This document shows positions 61,290 to 64,000 of a DNA stretch of 64,000 nucleotides, piece by piece. This stretch comes from Bacterioplanoides sp. (lineage in GTDB: Bacteria; Pseudomonadota; Gammaproteobacteria; Pseudomonadales; Oceanobacteraceae). Positions within the stretch are counted from its first letter, which is position 1; every line of letters starts with the position of its first letter. The notes under the pieces were generated by a model. The model was given only the letters and a program-made list of their open reading frames with translations. It ran no database searches and had not been told where the DNA came from. Where the stretch lies: the NCBI RefSeq assembly GCF_965200585.1, contig NZ_OZ241361.1. One strand, written 5' to 3'. The translations under genes and the position numbers were made by a program.

Positions 61290-62326
61290 TGTTTTTCAGC
61301 TAATTTATTAGCCCGATATTCACCCGGGGTCATGCCATGCCATTTGCGGAAGGCGCGGTGAAAGGTGCTGGCTTCGGTAAAGCCCAGGCGCTCGGCAATA
61401 TCACGAATGCTGGCATCGGGTTGTGCCAGCATCAGGCTGGCTTCTTCCATACGGCATTCATCTTTTAATTTCTGATATGAGGTTTGTTCATCACTTAAGC
61501 GGCGACGCAGGGTGGCACCGGAGACCGTGAGTAATTCGGCGGCATCGTTCAGCGATGGCAAATCTTCCATCGCATATTGGCGAAACAACTGACGCAAGCG
61601 CCCGGTCATGCTCTCGTGCGGATTCGGGCGAGCTAGAAAATCAGCCGGTGAGGTCTGTAAAAATGCATACAGCGAAGCCGGTGTCTGACTCACGGGCAGG
61701 GACAACACCCGGGTTGGGATTTGCAGGTAAGTTTCGTTTTGAGAAAACTTAACCGGGGTGGCAAACAGCACCTGATACAGTTCAGCGTGTAGCGGTGGTG
61801 GGTAACTGCAATTAACCGATAACAGCGGAATGCCCTGACCGACCAGCCAGCTGAAGAGCCGGTGCCAGATGGCTAATAAGGATTCACATAAAAAATGATC
61901 GGGGTCGTATTCCGGGCGATGTTCGATATAGATATTGCTGAGGCGTTTGCCTTTTTCCAGACGGATATTCGGAGCGCCATCAAATAACGCATAAAACGCC
62001 TGAGCGCGATGCAGGGCATGCTCCAGCGACGAGCAGTTAATGATGGCTTTGCACATCATACTGAAGGTGCCAAAGTGTGAGCGTACCGGAGCCAGCCCCA
62101 TAAATTCATCGTCACAGCGACGCCAGATGCAGGAGAGTAGACGGGCGTAATCATCGCCGTTAATGGCGTATTGCCCGGAATTTAATTCCTCCGGGTCAAG
62201 ACCCGCACTGAGCCAGAGGTCCCGACGGTTAAACCCCAGAGATTCAACACCGCGCAACGGTGCTTCGATAAAGGCAACAGGAATGGTAGGGCGGGGTGAT
62301 GACATGGGTGACCAATTTGCGAACAA
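61283..62326 (-). CDS. AraC-family transcriptional regulator
   Basis: C-terminal double HTH (IRDIAERLGFTEASTFHRAFRKWHGMTPGEYR). Confidence 0.85.
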   Translation of the reverse strand: MFANWSPMSSPRPTIPVAFIEAPLRGVESLGFNRRDLWLSAGLDPEELNSGQYAINGDDYARLLSCIWRRCDDEFMGLAPVRSHFGTFSMMCKAIINCSSLEHALHRAQAFYALFDGAPNIRLEKGKRLSNIYIEHRPEYDPDHFLCESLLAIWHRLFSWLVGQGIPLLSVNCSYPPPLHAELYQVLFATPVKFSQNETYLQIPTRVLSLPVSQTPASLYAFLQTSPADFLARPNPHESMTGRLRQLFRQYAMEDLPSLNDAAELLTVSGATLRRRLSDEQTSYQKLKDECRMEEASLMLAQPDASIRDIAERLGFTEASTFHRAFRKWHGMTPGEYRANKLAEKHQ

Positions 62327-62367
62327 CTTAGTCTAAATTGTCAGCGAAAAGGTCACTCAAATCAAGG

Positions 62368-63342
62368 TCAGGATTTACGCATGCTGGGGTGGTAGAGGGT
62401 GGTTTGATTACCGCCTTGTTGTTTGGCATGTAGCAGTGCTTTATTCGCCGCCAGTAGCCAGTCGGTTTCGGTACTGAAATCCGCATCAAAGGCGGCCAGG
62501 CCAATGCTGGTGGTAATCTGAATCGGCTGATCTCCCTGGCGTACAATCAAGCCGTGAATAATGGTGCGGATGCGCTCGGCAAATTCCATGGCACTTTGGG
62601 CATCCGTATCCACCAGTAATACCGCAAATAAATCGCCACCAAAGCGACACGGTAAATCAGTTTGGCGCATGGTTTGTTGCAGTGAATCCGAAACGGTTTT
62701 TAACACCCGATCGCCTACCCGGTGACCATGTTGAGCATTGATGGCAGCCAGATTATCAATATCAAAAATAGCGATGCTGGATGGGTTACCCGAGCGTTTG
62801 CAACGTGCATGTTCACGCCGTACATCCTGCTCCCAGATCACCCGGTTGGGCAGTTCGGTCAGCTGGTCGACACTGTTCAGTTCCAGTAACGACTCATTGG
62901 CTGAGCGGGCATCTTCATGGTTCACCGCGACATCGGTCACGTCGTAAACAATGATGCAGATATGATCGACGGTTTTATCCACCGACTCCAGCGGGATAAT
63001 GCTGGTGTTCTGATACATCATCGCAGTGCGCCCGGTAATTGGCCGGTAATTTTTGAATTTAAATAAATAAGGGCGCTGTTCCCAAATGGTGAAGGTACGG
63101 GTTTTTAGCTGAAAAACCGCTTCGGACTTTTGTTTAAACCAGTCTTGAGGAATTTCCGGGCATAGCTGAAATAAATTCTGATCTTTGGCATTTTGTGGGC
63201 TGACACCGCTGTGGCTTTCCATAAAGCCATTCCATAACTGGATGTTGTAGTTACGATCCAGCACCACCAGGCCGACATCGATATTCTGCAGAATATCCAT
63301 TAACCAGTGAATGTCACCTATTCCGATATTGGCGTCGCTCAT
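62368..63342 (-). CDS. PAS-GGDEF protein with degenerate active site (GGDLF) and intact RxxD I-site
   Basis: The sequence reads MRQTDLPCRFGGDLFAVLL. RQTD lies exactly 5 residues before GGDLF. There is a PAS-like N-terminus. Confidence 0.85.
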   Translation of the reverse strand: MSDANIGIGDIHWLMDILQNIDVGLVVLDRNYNIQLWNGFMESHSGVSPQNAKDQNLFQLCPEIPQDWFKQKSEAVFQLKTRTFTIWEQRPYLFKFKNYRPITGRTAMMYQNTSIIPLESVDKTVDHICIIVYDVTDVAVNHEDARSANESLLELNSVDQLTELPNRVIWEQDVRREHARCKRSGNPSSIAIFDIDNLAAINAQHGHRVGDRVLKTVSDSLQQTMRQTDLPCRFGGDLFAVLLVDTDAQSAMEFAERIRTIIHGLIVRQGDQPIQITTSIGLAAFDADFSTETDWLLAANKALLHAKQQGGNQTTLYHPSMRKS

Positions 63343-63345
63343 AAA

Positions 63346-63969
63346 TTAATCCAGCAAAAAGTCGATCACGTTGTTGAGTTTTTCAACGGAATCTTCAGTG
63401 AATAACAGTAATAAATCACAGTCGATATTGACGTGTTCAAGGGTGTAGTGAATCTCAATGGCAAGGGTTTTGGTCCACTGATGATTACCACTTTTGAGAA
63501 TATCGCTGGCCAGGCAATGTTGCCCTAACACCACCGGGTGTCCCTGATTAAAGTGGATTTCCAGTTGCTCACCAATGCCTTGAATACAGGCGCCGATTAA
63601 TAACGAGCTGACGTCCATCAGCAATTCCAGCTCGGCTTCACGATCAAGGGCTTCTGGATTGTTCATGCCCGGATAATTCATCAGGGTGGCTAAATCAGCG
63701 AAGCTGGTGTCGTTGAACAGCAGCATGGCTTCACCAGCAATCCCGGCACCAATAAATCCCTGGCATACAGCGGATACGGCGGCGTCTGCTTCAGCATCCT
63801 GAATCGCCATATGTAATTCGCTATTTTCAATCAGATTCACTTTTGGTACTGGTAAAACAACGTAGGCATCCAGCAAACGAGCCAGACGATCTGCCGCCTG
63901 GCCCATGGCCACATTGGTCAGTTCCTGATAACAATCGCGTTGATCTTCGTTTAACGAAACAGAACTCAT
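63346..63969 (-). CDS. CheC/CheX-like chemotaxis phosphatase-family protein
   Basis: YQELTNVAMGQAADRLARLL matches the CheC-type E..N...G.AA motif. The stop lies 3 nt before the GGDLF gene. Confidence 0.5.
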   Translation of the reverse strand: MSSVSLNEDQRDCYQELTNVAMGQAADRLARLLDAYVVLPVPKVNLIENSELHMAIQDAEADAAVSAVCQGFIGAGIAGEAMLLFNDTSFADLATLMNYPGMNNPEALDREAELELLMDVSSLLIGACIQGIGEQLEIHFNQGHPVVLGQHCLASDILKSGNHQWTKTLAIEIHYTLEHVNIDCDLLLLFTEDSVEKLNNVIDFLLD

Positions 63970-64000
63970 ATCAGGCCTCAGTCAGAATGCCGTATTCGGC

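Overview
This is a 64-kb chromosomal window that looks like a marine, alkane-degrading gammaproteobacterium. The evidence is gamma-type synteny (yciI-yciV-yciO-trpS and tadA-mltF-purL) plus an AlkB-type alkane hydroxylase; no species can be assigned from sequence alone. Most of the window is housekeeping: trxB, sufB-C-D-S-A, an elongator tRNA-Met, mfd, trpS, purL, sbcB, an arsR-arsC-acr3-arsH operon, a Kef-type antiporter, and an ABC transporter / creatininase-family / glutamine-synthetase-like / NikR-like nitrogen-compound locus. No rRNA genes, CRISPR arrays, transposases or integrases were seen.

Observations worth a second look, in rough priority order:
1. A translationally coupled three-gene operon (8945-11374). 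It encodes a MotA/ExbB-like channel with a roughly 310-aa coiled-coil tail, a MotB/OmpA-like partner, and a small His/Cys protein. This is ZorA/ZorB-like but lacks ZorC/D/E. It is followed by a disrupted membrane ORF and an AT-rich orphan gene abutting tRNA-Met.
2. A dispersed family of long imperfect hairpin repeats in intercistronic spacers of the suf and ars operons and after the kef-like gene. Their conserved A(N)GGAT loops resemble CsrA/RsmA binding sites, and the stems show compensatory changes.
3. A membrane protein with a textbook tandem MshEN c-di-GMP-binding motif.
4. Small AT-rich islets carrying a HEPN-like ORF, a coiled-coil/zinc-ribbon ORF, brnTA, and decayed toxin-antitoxin (TA) genes.
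5. A decayed AraC gene next to alkB.
6. A NikR paralog lacking all Ni ligands.
7. A degenerate GGDLF diguanylate-cyclase-like protein that keeps its RxxD I-site.

All functional calls come from by-eye motif recognition; no searches were run.
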